A stretch of 64,000 nucleotides of DNA from Amphiscolops sp. MND2022 (GCA_964187785.1 OZ076409.1:66466001-66530000); one strand, 5' to 3'. Shown: positions 1 through 13,557, numbered from the stretch's first letter. Notes: generated by a model not told the origin, from the letters alone. Numbers and translations are program-made.

Positions 1-1527
1 AACTTTGTCAGTTTAAACCCTCCCAAAGCAAGCATTTTAACAAGATCCTTCGCTTTGTTTGAGGCTTCGATAGCTGGACTTGATTCGAGGTAATCGTCCA
101 TATAAAAGTTGTTGTGGATGCTTCGTGCTGCATCTGGAAAGTTGGCTTGGTTATCTGTGGCAGTCCGTTTCAATGCGTAGTTAGCGCAAGTTGGCGAATC
201 TTTGGAGCCGAAAATATGCCGAACATACTCCAAAACAGCAACTTCAGCTGCTGGGTGCTCCCGCCACAAAAATCGAAGTGATGGTCTGTCACGTGGGATA
301 ACTCCAACTTGGAGAAACATTCCTTCGATGTCTGCAGATACAGCAAAAGGATATTGACGGAAACGGAAAAGAATGTGGATTAGGCTCTGTAGCAAATCTG
401 GTCCTGCTAGAAGAGCACTATTCAAGGACTGACCATGAAATTTTCCGGCTCCATTAAGAACCCTACGGACTTTGCCAGGCTTGTGAGGATGCACGACCGG
501 ATGGTGCGGTAAATACCATTCCCGGGGCTGGTCTACTTTAAAACAATCGGTTTTGTCCACTTGAACAATATAGCCTTTCGAGAAATCGTCGCTAATTGTT
601 TTCGTATAACTGGTTTTCAAATCAGCATCTTTTTGAAGACGGCGCTCTAGCGATTTCAGTTGAATAAGTGCAGAAAAATAATTGTTCGGTAAACAACTTT
701 CGTCGTCGGCCCACAACTTACCCACTTGGTATCGGGACCCATCGTGGTATGTTGTTTCATCAAGTATCTTTGTCGCTCTCGCGTCGGTTGCAGAACGGGA
801 ATCCACTTGTTTGTACGCGCCGTACGACTCAATGTCGTACCAGCTTCGGAGTCGGTCAGAGAGTGTACAATCGTGCTCTTTCTGAGTTACAGCTTTGAAG
901 CATGTCGAAAATAGACCCGTGGTCGACGGAAGGGGTCCACTCAGTACCCAGCCCAACGGTAAACGGACGGCAACTGGGGTATTTCGGCGGTCGGATTCGA
1001 AATACTCCAGTGGGCGGATAGCGTGGAAAACGTCCTGACCAAGAATCATTTTCACATCTGTGTAGCTGTACTTCCTAAGAGCGATTGGTTCTAAGTGTGG
1101 ATAGCGAGTCTTCAAATCATCTACGTCAATCACATCATTTCCAATAGTCAATTGATCTCGCACATAAGGTTTGACAGTAAAGGAGGAGCAAGAGCTACCC
1201 GAATGAACCGGTGTCAACTTGAGCTCGACCATTTGAGTGTCAACAACCTTATTGGAGTTAATTCCGTGTACAGTCAGTTTGGTCGGCGTGCCGCGCACGT
1301 CAAGTTTGTCAGCTAGCTCGGAGGAAATCCAAGAATGGCTACACGCTGAGTCGCACAAAACTAAGACTTTTGCAGATTTCTCAGAAGTTTGCACTTCCAC
1401 TTCCGTTATTTGTAATAATCCTTTCACATCAGAGATGGAAGGGAGGCATGAGGTGACTTCGTCTTTCTTTTGGATCGCTGTCGTTACGCTACAAGTAGTT
1501 GCTTCACTATTGCCCGCTTTCCCAGAT
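1..1527 (-). pseudogene. pol: BEL/Pao pol (protease + reverse transcriptase), partial
   Basis: Manual translation: KVLVLCDSACSHSWIS, LPLGWVLSGP, PHKPGKVRRVLNGA, GPDLLQSL, HIFGSKDSPTCANYAL, NFYMDDYL. Out of frame with upstream gag near 1550; absent from the ORF track, probably because it runs off the edge. Confidence 0.88.
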
Positions 1528-3995
1528 TCAGATTTTCTCGGGAAAATCTTCTGCACCATGTAGCAAAGTGTTGTGCGTACTTCCACAGCCATCTTTGGTG
1601 CATTTGCGTGGCAGGGGGCAATTGCGGAAAGAGTGTTGTCCATTAAAGCATGAGAAACAAAGTTTGTTCTCGGCAACAACTTTTGCTCGTTCTGTTGGAG
1701 TCTTCTTTCTGAACACTTGACATCGCCACAACGGATGCTTATCTTTGCAAACTACACAATCAACTTGGAATTTCTGGGTAGACGGCTTGGTTGCGAAGAA
1801 AGTTTTAGTGGAAGTTGTTGTTGCAGCGAACACTTTAGAATTGGTCTTGGTTTTCGTTACGTTTCCGGTTGGAGTTTCTTCAACTTTTGGTTTTCCTGAG
1901 GAAGCTTTTATCCTCTCGTGAGCTTCGGCTTTGTCCTTCAGCCAATTATTGAAGTCAATCAGAGTCGGTCGGCTCAAATCTCGCTTCACCGTATGCATTG
2001 ACAGCCCTTCTTTCAAGTTCGGGGGAAGCTTTTGAGCCGCTTGACCGAGCAATGAAGCACTCGAAAGATCTTGAACGTAGTTCAGAGATCGGAAAACACC
2101 AACCAAGGAGCAAATTGTAGCTGCATAACTTATGATGCTTTCGCTGTTATGCATTTTCACTGGAGGAACATTCGCTATTTTGTCCAAGTAGGCACTGACC
2201 AACGTCTGTGGTTGGCCAAATTTTCGTTCAAGAGTCTTCAGTGCGTCTTTGTACATTGTCCCACAGTACGCAAACTCAGCAATTGCTGTTTTGGCTTTTC
2301 CAGTAACCAGTGTCTTCAAGTAAGTGAGTTTCACGTCGTCTGTAAGTGAAGAAGAATCAATGGCACTCTTGAACTGGCCGAACCATTCATGCCCTTGAAG
2401 AGGGTCGCCATTAAACTGTGCCAGTTTCCACTCAGGAAGATGGTCTTTCTTCGTCGAACTCAAAAGCTGTGCAAGGTCTTGCAATGTGAAACTATTTACA
2501 GACGGTTGTGGAAAAGTAAACGAACTGGCAGGTACAAAAGGAGGGGCAGTAACACTGGGAAACGTTTTTACAGTTTGAGGTACACTACAGTTTGTTGTCG
2601 ATGTTACCACGGCAGTCGGCTCCACGTAGTAAACAGTTCCTCCATTCGTTATTGGGAAAACTTGTGCTGTAGATAAGACACTATTGTTGGATGGAATGAC
2701 TGTGGGTAAGCTGGTAGCGGGGGTGGTACTACAGAGGTGGTGACTGCTGATTGTTGGAAGGATTTGGAATCCGGAAAACTCCAGGCAGACAAGTTAGGTA
2801 AAATGTGATTTACTGGAAGTGTGACGATCGGATTAGGTCGAGGCTGAGCTATTGTCGGTGCTGAAGTGATACTTACTGAAGGACAAGGATGTTGCAAAGT
2901 GCTAGCATTGTTCGAAAACAAACCAGTAGCAGCGGAGTTAGTAGCAGTTAAATTAGTTTGACCGGGGAAACGCGGAAGCTGGCCAGGTAAACTAGCAAAC
3001 GTGTTGTTAGGGTGGTTCAAAGACTCAGTTGTTGTAAGCGACAGTGGAGCCGTACCTGTGGTGTTTTCCGTTTGGGGCGGAACATTATTTTGCACCGTAA
3101 CAAATGTAGGCGCTGATACACTAGTGTTTTCATTTGATGGAGATGCAGCTAAGGGCAATGGTTGCGTACCAACGGTCTGTTCCGGATTCGATTCAACAAT
3201 GGGTGTTTCAGGGGAACGTTGATTGGTAGCAAATATCAAAGTGGGAGAATTATTAACCCAGTTGTTAACTCGGGTTGACTGATGTTCGTGGCTCTCCTCA
3301 CTCAACAATGATAGCGTCTCCTGGAATTCTTCGTTTGTCGCCGACAGATCATCTTGAAGTTCTAATTCAATCAGTGTCGCCTCAGCCAGTTTTTTGCGTT
3401 TCTCTTCCTGCACCTCGGCGACTCTAAGTGCAATTTCTTCCTTGAGACGCTCTTGTTCTTGCTGCATTCGTTTGATTTCAAGATGTTGTTTTTGCTGAGT
3501 CAGTCGGAGTGTAGCTTCATTTTGCTTCTCAATTTCTTCACGCCTTTGTTTTGCAAGGAGTAGCTCTTTTTGCCGTTGACTTGACGTCTTTGATCGACGA
3601 GAGCTTGAAACTTTACTAGACTTTGTCTTGTTCGTCGATAGAACTATTGAAGTTTCCGAAGCGTTGTCGGTTTGCAGACATTTCTCCAGATAATCGCGAG
3701 CTTCCGTCAGTATTTCATCGTTTCTGACAGTAACGTCGTTTAACCACTTTTCCAAGTCTGGCTTCATTGACTCTGAGTTGGTTGATTTGTTGGCTAAGTC
3801 TAGGAGTTGTTCGTTTTTTGCAAAGGCTTTAGTCATAGCTTCGTCACACGAGGTGATTAATCGATCAACGCGAACACGTCGTTCGGCATTTCCAACGGCG
3901 TCATTGAGCTTTTGTTGGATCTTGTTGAGCTCCGCTTCGGCTTTAGCGCGGCTATCATGCAACTTGGCGACTTTCTCTTGCATCCTATCAGCCAT
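1528..3995 (-). pseudogene. gag: BEL/Pao gag, split into ORFs 2649-3995 and 1528-2625
   Basis: Coiled-coil N-terminus, Pro/Thr-rich linker, LPEWKLAQFNGDP...KLTYLKTLV...ALKTLERKFG capsid-like region and three zinc knuckles; interrupted near 2625-2650. Confidence 0.85.
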
Positions 3996-4072
3996 TGAAT
4001 GTTTTCTTAACTTTTTGGTTTAATGTAGTGTGTTATTAGGACACGAATTGTAGTGTTTCCAGCACTAAATTA

Positions 4073-4397
4073 TGTTTAGTTCACAAAACAGCAGAATCAC
4101 CTACAGAATATCAACCAGACAACTAAGTCCGGACATAATACTGAAAGTTAACTATGCGGTTGTCAAAGAATGGAAATTCTACAGTGACAGATCAAAAGAA
4201 GATACTACAAAACGTACAAGTACAAAATCTACAAGTTTAAAATGTTGCGGAGGATGTTGCGTTGGAAAGACGGTTTTGGTTCAAAATTAGGCACTAAGGA
4301 ACTACGAGGACGGTATAAGACAAGAGTAATGAAGAACACGCAGTTATGGTATTGAAACGGTCGTTTTGAACGTCAACCGGACAGTCAAGTCCGGACA
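4073..4397 (-). repeat. Putative 5' LTR of the left BEL/Pao element
   Basis: Minus strand begins TGTCCGGAC and ends ACTAAACA, followed by PBS-like TTTAGTGCTGG upstream of gag; the partner LTR is outside the window. Confidence 0.6.
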
Positions 4398-4430
4398 CAG
4401 TCCAAAACTTGGAGGAAAGTTGTTGCGACT

Positions 4431-5088
4431 TCAACCTGACAATGAAGTCTGGTCACTGTCACAACAACAGTCCTTTGGGGAGGATGAAACTTCACTTTGA
4501 TTTGAAGCAGTGTTCTTCAAAGCCTTACGGGCACGTTTACTTGGTCGCTTAGGGCGACTTTTGGCTGTAATCCGCGCTAGATCGGTTTCTTTTCGGAGAA
4601 TGATGTCCAAATACTTGAGTTCAAACTCAGGTCTTTGGTGTATTGCCTTCAATTCGTTCAAAATTTTTGGATCATTTTGTTTTCTTGTCGAAAAGAAATC
4701 AGTTTCAATTCGGAAAACAGGAATGCTTTGCGTTTTTAAAATATCAGAAATGTCGGGCGTTCGAATTCGGTGGCAATGCACAAGAGCCCGGAGTTTGTTT
4801 TCTAGAGATCGTAAAATATCTAGTAATTCAGAAACAGATAACGCTCGAAAATTGTTGCTTTTATGTTTTGACAAGCTATTATTCAGCACATCGTGCCAAA
4901 TCACGATCTCATTTTTTTGCAAAATCTTTTAGCAACAAATTTTGGACAATTTCTTGCGGGTTTTTTGCTTGATTATTCAAACTAAGGCCCGGAATGGTGT
5001 AAATTTTTTCTTTTAGGAAAGAATTTTCTTCAGTTTGTAAAGTCTCTAAAGCATGATGCAATGAGCTCGCACCCAAAATAAACACCAT
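4431..5088 (-). pseudogene. SGNH/GDSL-hydrolase-like protein, frameshifted in an A-run near 4915
   Basis: ATG at 5088 gives MVFILGASSLHH...IYTIPGLSLNN...; second frame gives IVIWHDVLNNSL...AIHQ and a basic tail. Motif spacing resembles SGNH blocks I, II, III and V. Confidence 0.45.
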
Positions 5089-5981
5089 TACATTTTACAA
5101 TACAATACTTTTTTTTCGAAGATTTTCTTTTTTGACTACTCACAAAGTTAGTAGTTTTTTTTCAATGCAAAAATTTGTTGTATTATTCAAACGTTTTTTT
5201 TCAAAGAATTGTTCGGACAGTTCACGAAAGATGGGTTTTTTTCGAATTGAAAAATTGTTGTGTTTAGTCAAAGGTTCCTATCAAAGGCCTTGCTATTGAA
5301 GGAGCAACGCTTTTACAGATGATATCACAAATTAAAATGTAGCTCAAGTTTTTTTTTGATGAAGATAGTTAAATTAGTTTTTATTGTTCGCACGTAGTGA
5401 CATTCTTAGTAGAGTTTTAATTCCTGTTGTTTCCACTACTTTCCTCTGAAATCCACGTTCTGTACTCGATCCCAAGTTTTCATGCATCTGGGTACAGCAG
5501 GAGCAGCAATAAGAGAATTGCACTAACGATGACGATAAACCAGAAGATGTTTCTCAAAGTAAAGAGCGTGTTGGCCCTGCCGGGTTCATTCTCGTTAATC
5601 TTCTTGCAGCAACAACTCAATTCGAGCAGAGGGATCCGATTGGTCAATCAAGGGTCAACAGAATTTGGGGCAAATGGGGGGACGAATGGCGGGTGTTCTG
5701 AATCGATATTTATGCTTCTTGGAAAGTTGGGCGGTTTAGGAGGGAAATTGATGACGAGGCCTCTCTATGGCCACCATGAAAATCTTTAGAAGTACTAAAG
5801 ATTGTATTGTCAATCAAAATTAAAATAACAATGAAAGTTGAGTTAAAATTATTGTTATTAACCGCCAAGTCAAAACTTGATCACACAATATGAGTCACTT
5901 TTTAATCTGAATAGCAAGGCCTTTTCGAGAGTATTTCTACCAAAATCGGAGAGATATTTCCAAAATATAAAAATATTTTAC

Positions 5982-6048
5982 ATGTCCGGGAATCGAACCC
6001 ACGCCGATCAAGTACCGGCTTTGTATTCTACCGCTAGGCCAAGCTGCC
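5982..6048 (-). ncRNA. tRNA-derived (Pol III A-box/B-box) element, not a canonical tRNA
   Basis: Minus strand GGCAGCTTGGCCTAGCGGTAGAATAC...GTGGGTTCGATTCCCGG contains A box TGGCCTAGCGG and B box GGTTCGATTCC; no proper acceptor stem. Confidence 0.5.
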
Positions 6049-6094
6049 TTAATATTTGTTTGCTTTAAATTAACGATATTGCTACCGCAACATC

Positions 6095-7875
6095 CCCTTC
6101 TAGATTATTTGGCACCATGCGACATATCGGAGACAAAAAAAAGTGGAAACAAATTCGAAAAATTCGGATTTTTTCAATTTTTCGTCACGCGGGTACTGTA
6201 GAAGAGAATACTTGACACTTTGAAGTCCTTTTGCTATTTTTGAGCCTTAGATATGCCGCCGACTTGGGCCGTTCCCGGCTTGTTTTTTTAAGACCAACGA
6301 AGTTACAGATTTCATAACCTTCATAAGCTGGCTTCCACTAACTGCATACAGACTACTGGCACTTGTTAGTCGGCGCTTTTTGTAGAGAAACACAGACTAT
6401 AGTAGTGACTTTTTTTAGTCGGCGCTTTTCCGTAAAAAAACGCAGACTATAGTAGTGACTTTTTTTAAGACCAACGAAGTGACAGCTTTCGTAAGCTTTA
6501 TAAGTTGACTTTAACTAACACTAAATGCAGTAGTTCTACTGGCACTTGAGATAGGGAATATTTAGGTTTTTTGAGGTCCCCTTCTACATTTTTTAGAACT
6601 ATGAGTCTTGTCGGAGGCAAAAAAGTGAAAACAACTTCAGAAAAGATTGGGATTTTTTCAATTTTTCCTCATGCGGGTACTGTAAAAGAGAATACTTGAC
6701 AATTTGAAGTCCTCTTGCAATTTTTGAGCCTTAGATATGGCGCTGACTTGGGCTGTTCCCGGCTTGTTTCTTTTTTAAAGACCAACGAAGTGACAGATTT
6801 TATATGCTTTATAAGCTGGCTTCCACTGACTGCATAGAGACTACTGGCACTTGGCATAGAGATAAATTAGGCTTTTTTTGAGGTCTGCCAAGCAGAAACA
6901 CGTGGGTTCGAGTCCCGGCCATGACCAAATTGTTTCATGTACAGGTTTTTTGTGAGACTTTTTTTCGCGTTTTTTCGAGGAATCCAAAGGGTCCCCTTCT
7001 TCTTTTATTTTTCAAAAAATTGGATGTTCAAAAATTCCCGAAGGCCCCCCTTTTAGATTTTTTGGCCATATGCGACTTACCGGAGACCAAAAAATATCGA
7101 GAACAATTCGACAAAAAATTCGCATTTTTTCAATTTTTTTCTCACGCGGGGACTGTAGACGAGAATACTTGACACCTTGAAGTCCTTTTGCTATTTTTGA
7201 GCCTTAGATATGCCGCCGACTTGGACCGTTCCCGGCTTGTTTCTTTTTTTAAAACCAACGAAGTGACAGATTTTATAAGCTTTATAAACTGGCTTCCACT
7301 AACTGCATAGAGACTACTGGCACTTGTTAGTCGGCGCTTTTCGTAAAAAACCGCAGACTATATTAGTGACTTTTTTAAGACCAACGAAGTGACAGAATTC
7401 AGAGGCTTCATAAGTTGACTTGAACTAACACAAAATGCCACACTACTTCTACTGGCACTTGAGATAGAGATTAATTAGGCTTTTTTGAGGTCCCCTTCTA
7501 CATTATTCGGCACTATGCGACTTATCGGAGACAAAACACTTGAAAACAATTTCAAAAAATGGGATTTTCTTCAATGTTTTCCTCAGGCGGGTACTGTAAA
7601 AGAGAATACTTGACACTTTGAAGTCCTTTTGCTACTTTGGAGCCTTAGATATGGCGCCGAATTGAACCGTTCCCTGCTTGTTTCTTTTTTTATAACCAAC
7701 GAAGTGACAGATTTTAAAAGCTTCATTAGCTGGCTTCCACTAAGTGACTAAGTGCATAGAGACTACTGGCACTTGGCATAGAGATTAATTAGGTTTTTTT
7801 GAGGTCTGCCAAGCAGAAGAACGTGGGTTCGTGTCCCGCCTATGACCAAAATGTTTTTTGTGCAGGTTTTTTGTG
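6095..7875 (+). repeat. Complex satellite-like tandem repeat, left block
   Basis: Recurrent modules GCGGGTACTGTAGAAGAGAATACTTGACAC, GACCAACGAAGTGACAG, GAGACTACTGGCACTTG and GGTTCGAGTCC; about 1.2 kb nearly duplicated at about 37560-38790. Confidence 0.9.
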
Positions 7876-9066
7876 AGTTTTGTGAGTTTTTTGTGAATCG
7901 GTTTTGTTCACTAAAAATGCTTAATCATCCTTATTGTTTCAGTCTTTTCATCGTTAGTTTGACTTTTAGACTTCCTAGTCACGACTCCCTTACGGAGAGC
8001 CTGTTGAAATCATTTTTGTTCAACATTCGTATTTCCGGTTTAGTTAAAGAAATGGCGGCAAAATAAAAGTCTAGTTGAAGTTCTACCGCAGAAGGCAGGC
8101 CGGCATGAACAAGAAATCAGCGCGTAGACAGTAGGAAATCACATTTCGCGGCAAACGAATGACAAGCAGGAAAGTGATTCCAATAACTTTACGAAAAAAA
8201 GTAAAAGAACACCTTCCAAAACTATATCACAACACTTTGCAAAGGCAGCTATTTTCCTTGTCTACAGCACAACTTTTCAAAACATTCCTAGCAAGACGGA
8301 AAGTGAGCGGAGCAGAGTGATCCTAACACTGTAATTTTTCCATTATTCCGTAACGATTCCGTGTGTTTTAGGATTAGATATAGCGGACTAAACTGTACTT
8401 GGTTTTACAATTCGCTCCGTAGCTGCTCCGTACGTATTAAGATTGGTTATAGTTGAAAGGCTGTAGGCCGAGATGTAGAGGAGCGCTTAGGTGTTCATTT
8501 TCTTTCTCTCAGTTGAATGGTGTTGCTATGTTAACACTCTTATTAAGCTAAGCTCGAGTCTTGTTGAATTGAGCTCAAAAAATTTGGCCGAGGAACGACG
8601 CTATTGGTCCGTAAGATTAGAAATTGCCAACAAGTCTCGTCTAAACGGTGTCCATTACGTTGTTAATACTTATCTAGATTACGTACTTGTAATCTCAATA
8701 GGTTTTGACAGCTACTTCAACAACTGTTGTGCCATTTCTACTGTGTTTTTGTATTTTCCCTTTTTAGAGTTGACAATGTCATCCGTTAGAATCGCGGATT
8801 CAAATATTGATCTCCGTTTTTGTTTTTCAGGGTGGAAAAGAATTAACCTTACTTCGTTTATGTTTCTTTTCAATTGTTTGGATTGTTATGGAAAGCACTC
8901 CGGATTGGGAGCGGAATTACAATCTTCAGACGTGAAATAATGAACCGGAAGTTTTAAATTGTCAGAAATCACTTTTTGAATATTTACGTAGCAGTTGCGT
9001 TTGTTTAAAAAATCTTCCGCCTTACTTTTTGTGCTGTAGCTTAGGAAGAACCAGGTAAGATATTTA

Positions 9067-11389
9067 CTTTTCAAAAGCTGTGTTTGCCGTGGCCAAGTCC
9101 AGTGGCGAATTTGTGTTTGCCTTCATGACAAGTATAGCATCGACCGGGAGCGGGTCGTGACAGATAATAAGACCCTTCCAAAAGTTTGCTCCCAGGGGAA
9201 CTTTAGAGTATTCGTTGTTCTAAATAGCATCAAACAAAGCCTGCAATAAGATTTATCGAAATTGACTGCCTCTGTTCCGTTGCATAAAATGCCAAAATAG
9301 TCCACAACCTTGCTCTTTTTTGAAGTTGGAATTACTATGCGGTACAGAGTATTATCAGTCAAGGATCTGAAAAATAGAAAAGATGAGGGAAAAATGAATG
9401 AGCACGAAGTTCACATAAAGGTAAAGAAAAGAATGAAGTAACAAAATCCGTTCATTAGGTGAAATCCGTTCCGAACCGTTAGTCAACATCGAGTTACCTA
9501 TCTGGGCTGTAGAGGAGCGAGTGTGTCTTTTCAATCAAATTTGCTGTTTGATTAGTTTGAGTTGACGTTAGTAATTGTTCACGCAGGCGTACGCGGGTAT
9601 ACATCGGTGTGAATGTCGTGGAGGTCAAACAAGTCGGTGGTGCACACCTCTACTTTCTAGAAGTACGAATATATATGCCATTTTCGTTTATGGACGATGA
9701 GTTAGGCACCTAAGGCCAATGAATCGCGAAATGCTTTTTTTTGACAATACAAAGAATCTTGGAAACCCAAACCGATAACTTGAATCTGCTAACAAATGTT
9801 GCAAGTACTTGATTTTTAGTCAACGCTTTTTGTGGAAAAACGCAGACTATAGTGGTGACTTTTCTTTTTTAGTCGGCGCTTTTCGTAGGAAAACGAAGAC
9901 AACAGTAGTGACTTTTCTTTTTTTAAGATCAACGAAGTGACAGATTTTATAAGCTTTAGGAGCTGGCTTCCACTAATTGCATAGAGACTACTGGCACTTG
10001 TTACTACTACTGCCACTTTTCAAAAGCTGTGTTTGCCGTGGCCAAGTCCAGTGGCGACTTTGTGTTTGCCTTCATGACAAGATAGCACCGACCGGGAGCG
10101 GGTCGTGACAGATAGTAGGACCCTTCCAAAAGTTTGCTCGCAGAGGAATTTTAGAGTATTCGTTGTTCTAAATTGCAACAAAGCAAAGCCTGCAATAAGA
10201 TTTATCGAAATTGACTGCCTCTGTTCCGTTGCATAAAGTGCCAAAAAAGTCAACAACCCTGCTCTTTTTTGAAGTTGGAATTATTATGCGGTGCAGAGTA
10301 TTATCAGTCATGGATCTGAAAAATAGAAAAGATGAGGGAAAAAAAGGTCACGAAGTTCACAAAAAGGTAAAGAAGAGAATGAAGTAACAAAATCCGTTCA
10401 TTAGGTAAAATCAGTTCCGAACCATTAGTTCCGAACCAACATCAAGTTACCTATCTGTGCTGTAGAGTAGCGAGTGTGTTTTTTTCAATCAAATTTGCTG
10501 CTGGATTAGTATAAGTTGACGTTAGTAATTGTTCACGCCGGCGTACGCGGGTATACATCGGTGTGGATGGCGTGGAGGTCAAACAAGTCGGTTTTGCACA
10601 CCTCTACCCTCTAGAAGTACGAGTGTATATGCCATTTTTGTTTATGGACGATGAGCTAGGCACCTAAGGCCAATGAATCGCGAAATGCATTTACTTTTGA
10701 CAATACAAAGAATCTTGGAAACCCAAACCGATAACTTGAATCTGCTAACAAATGTTGCAAGTACTTGATTTTTAGTCAACGCTTTTCGTGGAACAACGCA
10801 GACTATAGTGGTGACTTTTCTTTTTTAGTCGGCGCTTTTCGTAGAAAAACGCAGACAACAGTAGTGATTTTTCTTTTTTCTTTTTTAAGACCAACGAAGT
10901 GACAGATTTTATAAGCTTTAGGAGCTGGCTTCCACTAATTGCATAGAGACTACTGGCACTTGTTACTACTACTGCCACTTTTCAAAAGCTGTGTTTGCCG
11001 TGGCCAAGTCCAGTGGCGACTTTGTGTTTGCCTTCATGACAAGATAGCACCGACCGGGAGTGGGTCGTGACAGATAGTAAAACCCTTCCAAAAGTTTGCT
11101 CGCAGAGGAAATTTAGAGTATTCGTTGTTCTAAATTGCAACAAAGCAAAGCCTGCAATAAGATTTATCGAAATTGACTGCCTCTGTTCCGTTGCATAAAG
11201 TGCCAAAATAGTCAACAACCTTGCTCTTTTTTGAAGTTGGAATTATTATGCGGTGCAGAGTATTATCAGTCATGGATCTGAAAAATAGAAAAGATGAGGG
11301 AAAAAAGGAATGGTCACGAAGTTCACATAAAGGTAAAGAAGAGAATGAAGTAACAAAATCCGTTCATTAGGTAAAATCAGTTCCGAACC
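9067..11389 (+). repeat. ~960-bp tandem repeat: units 1 and 2 and first part of unit 3
   Basis: Units start CTTTTCAAAAGCTGTGTTTGCC at 9067, 10016 and 10978; unit 3 is interrupted by the Gypsy insertion. Confidence 0.93.
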
Positions 11390-13557
11390 TGTCGAGCCCC
11401 ACTGTGTGGGCCGGCTTTGAAGAACTTTGCGATGACGAAGGTAAGTTATTTTCGTCACTTTTACTAATAACTGCCATTAATAAGTTCTTCAGTTGACTAA
11501 ACTCGCTTTGTAACTCGTTTATCTTCTTCTCATAGTTTTCCCTTATTTCAGACAACTGGGACGAGATATCTGAAGCTTCGTTGTTGTCAGAGTCATTGGC
11601 GGACGACTGAGCCATGTCTGGATCTATTGGAGAGGAGGTTTCTGACGAGGAATTTATAACTCTACCGCTTCTAAGTTCGGTGCCTTGATCTGGATTCATG
11701 TAATCGAGAGAAAAGAATTATGAGAAGACTGAATTATCTGAGATGTTGTTTCGATGTATTTTACTGATTTAAGTGGTTATTCGATCTCAAAATTCACTAA
11801 TCTGAACTGAGATGTTTTAGGAAAATGAAGTCGTAACGAGCAAGTAAGCAGTTAGGTAAGAAGAAGGAAATTAGCAAGTTAGGAAAAGTTCATCCGATTT
11901 TCATCGCAGTCGTAGATGTACCAAGAAATTACTCAAATTCAGTTCTGTACCTTCTGAAGATGAAATAGAGATGTGTTTTAATGGCTTTCACGTGTTAAAA
12001 TATCCAACCGGTCGGTAGCTTGTCTCAATTTGGGTTCTCTTGTAATCGCTAATGGCGGTCCAAATTACAGCAGTTCACGTGTCTTTTCGGTTGGTAAGAC
12101 GCTAAATCTCTTACCAACCTTCTCTCATTGGCTGTTACCAGCTGGTGTTAAAATGGTAAGTCACGTGACCAGTGTTGTGAACTGCCGCAAGGTGGCTACG
12201 CATCATGGTACATCTACATATGTTAATGGTGTTTAGTCATCAATTTACAATGTCGCAATTGCCTGCACGTAGCATCATGGTTTCTACAACAACTAAAATG
12301 AGCTCAAATCATTCAATAACGCACTAATTTTAAGTCAATCTAAGGTAAAGCACAATCCGGGATGGGAAAACGATGTTTTCCGCTGACTCTAGCGCCAAAA
12401 CCAATGATTTAAAAATTGAAGATGGAAAAGCGATGAACTTGTAAGAATATTTGCTGATTTTCAAGTCTAGTTTAGCTCTGGATGAAAATGCGATGAATGG
12501 TGGTCTTTCTCGCTCGAAAATCAACACAATTCAAACTGACGATGATAAAAGGATGAACTCCACGTATAATTTGCCAATTTCCAGCACAGATTAAACTGAC
12601 GATGAATTCGGGATGAATCCAGTCGATAAATGCCAATTCTAGTACAGGTGAATTTTGGCGATGGGTTTAAGATGAACTTGTCAGTTAAAACAGCAAATAC
12701 CAAAGCAATATGAACTGGCGATGAGTTTAGGATGAACTCATCCTCCAAAATGGTTAATTTTTAGCACGGACGAAATCAAGATGAATTAAGGATGGGTTTA
12801 CTAAACAAATCAGATAACCAGCACTTTCACTCTTTTTTAGGATGGATTAAGGATGTACTTTCTCATTTCACTTCTGTACTAGTGAACACGATGAGTAAAG
12901 GATAGGTTACTGTTCAGGAGTTTCTAAGTGAGATAATCGCGATGAATTAAAGATGAGTTTTGCTAAAATAAGTCCCATAAAATCCGCTGATGGATAATTG
13001 ATGAAAATTAGTTTAAAGTCCTATGTAAAGTTCACTCGCAATTTTTGAGGATGGGGTTGCGATGAACTTTAGTTAAAAGCACCGTTGAATCCGCTGATGG
13101 ATTCCAAGTGAAATTTCTAATCAGGTCAAAGTCATCACCAAATTCGACGATGAATTTGTGATGAATTTAGTGGAATTTGTCACAACTACATACTCTGAGG
13201 CGGGGAGTTAGTAGAAGTTATACTTTCCATTACTTTCAATATCTCTCGGTCCAGTCTGACCGGAAAACTTCTCTCCCTTGTCGTGACAAACCAATATTTA
13301 TGAAATATAGCACTTTTTCAAGGCCATTTTCTGGCAAGATCATTTATGCGGACATCGGAACTAGAGCGCTCAGTATTAAGTAAATATATATAACTCACAC
13401 TCAAGGGGGGAAGGGATTAAAGTACAAGTAACGTAGGGTTGCTCACAACCATGGCCTTTATTATATGACATCATATTGCCCATATCTAAGTACATAGGAC
13501 ATAATATTTACATTACAGATATTTAGTAGATTATATTTCCATCATGCTGGCATGACA
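11390..13557 (-). repeat. 3' LTR of the Gypsy element
   Basis: Near-identical to 28403-30599; preceded on the minus strand by purine-rich GGGGAG (13558-13563). Confidence 0.95.
12361..13163 (+). promoter_or_regulatory. Phased GATG-N7-GATG motif array in the LTR (second copy at 29380-30205)
   Basis: Motif at 12361, 12421, 12481, 12541, 12601, 12660, 12720, 12780, 12841, 12941, 12989, 13050 and 13149, with divergent spacers. The array is seen directly; a regulatory role is inferred. Confidence 0.7.

Larger units (their letters stand above)
1..4397 (-). mobile_element. BEL/Pao LTR retrotransposon, 5' portion (runs off the left edge of the window)
   Basis: Minus-strand Gag with DUF1759-like segment and Cys/His knuckles (CVVCKDKHPLWRC, CFSCFNGQHSFRNC, CTKDGCGSTHNTLLH); protease (LCDSAC) and BEL-type RT motifs (WYLPHHPV, ADIEGMFLQV, FYMDD) read by hand in 1-1527. 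Confidence 0.92.

Noticed and set aside
5982..6048. Functional tRNA gene
   Set aside because: A and B boxes are present, but the acceptor and anticodon stems do not pair properly.
7880..9060. ORF 8491-8940 and possible decayed minus-strand coding sequence
   Set aside because: No recognisable domain; multiple stops on the more protein-like strand.
6095..11389. Short ORFs such as MPSASSLYAVSG... and MAVVVTSASS...
   Set aside because: Translations of satellite units, with frames varying between copies; no coding signal apart from the BED relic.
12361..13163. CRISPR-like repeat-spacer appearance
   Set aside because: Only 8 bases are conserved per unit, there are no cas genes, and the array lies in a eukaryotic LTR.
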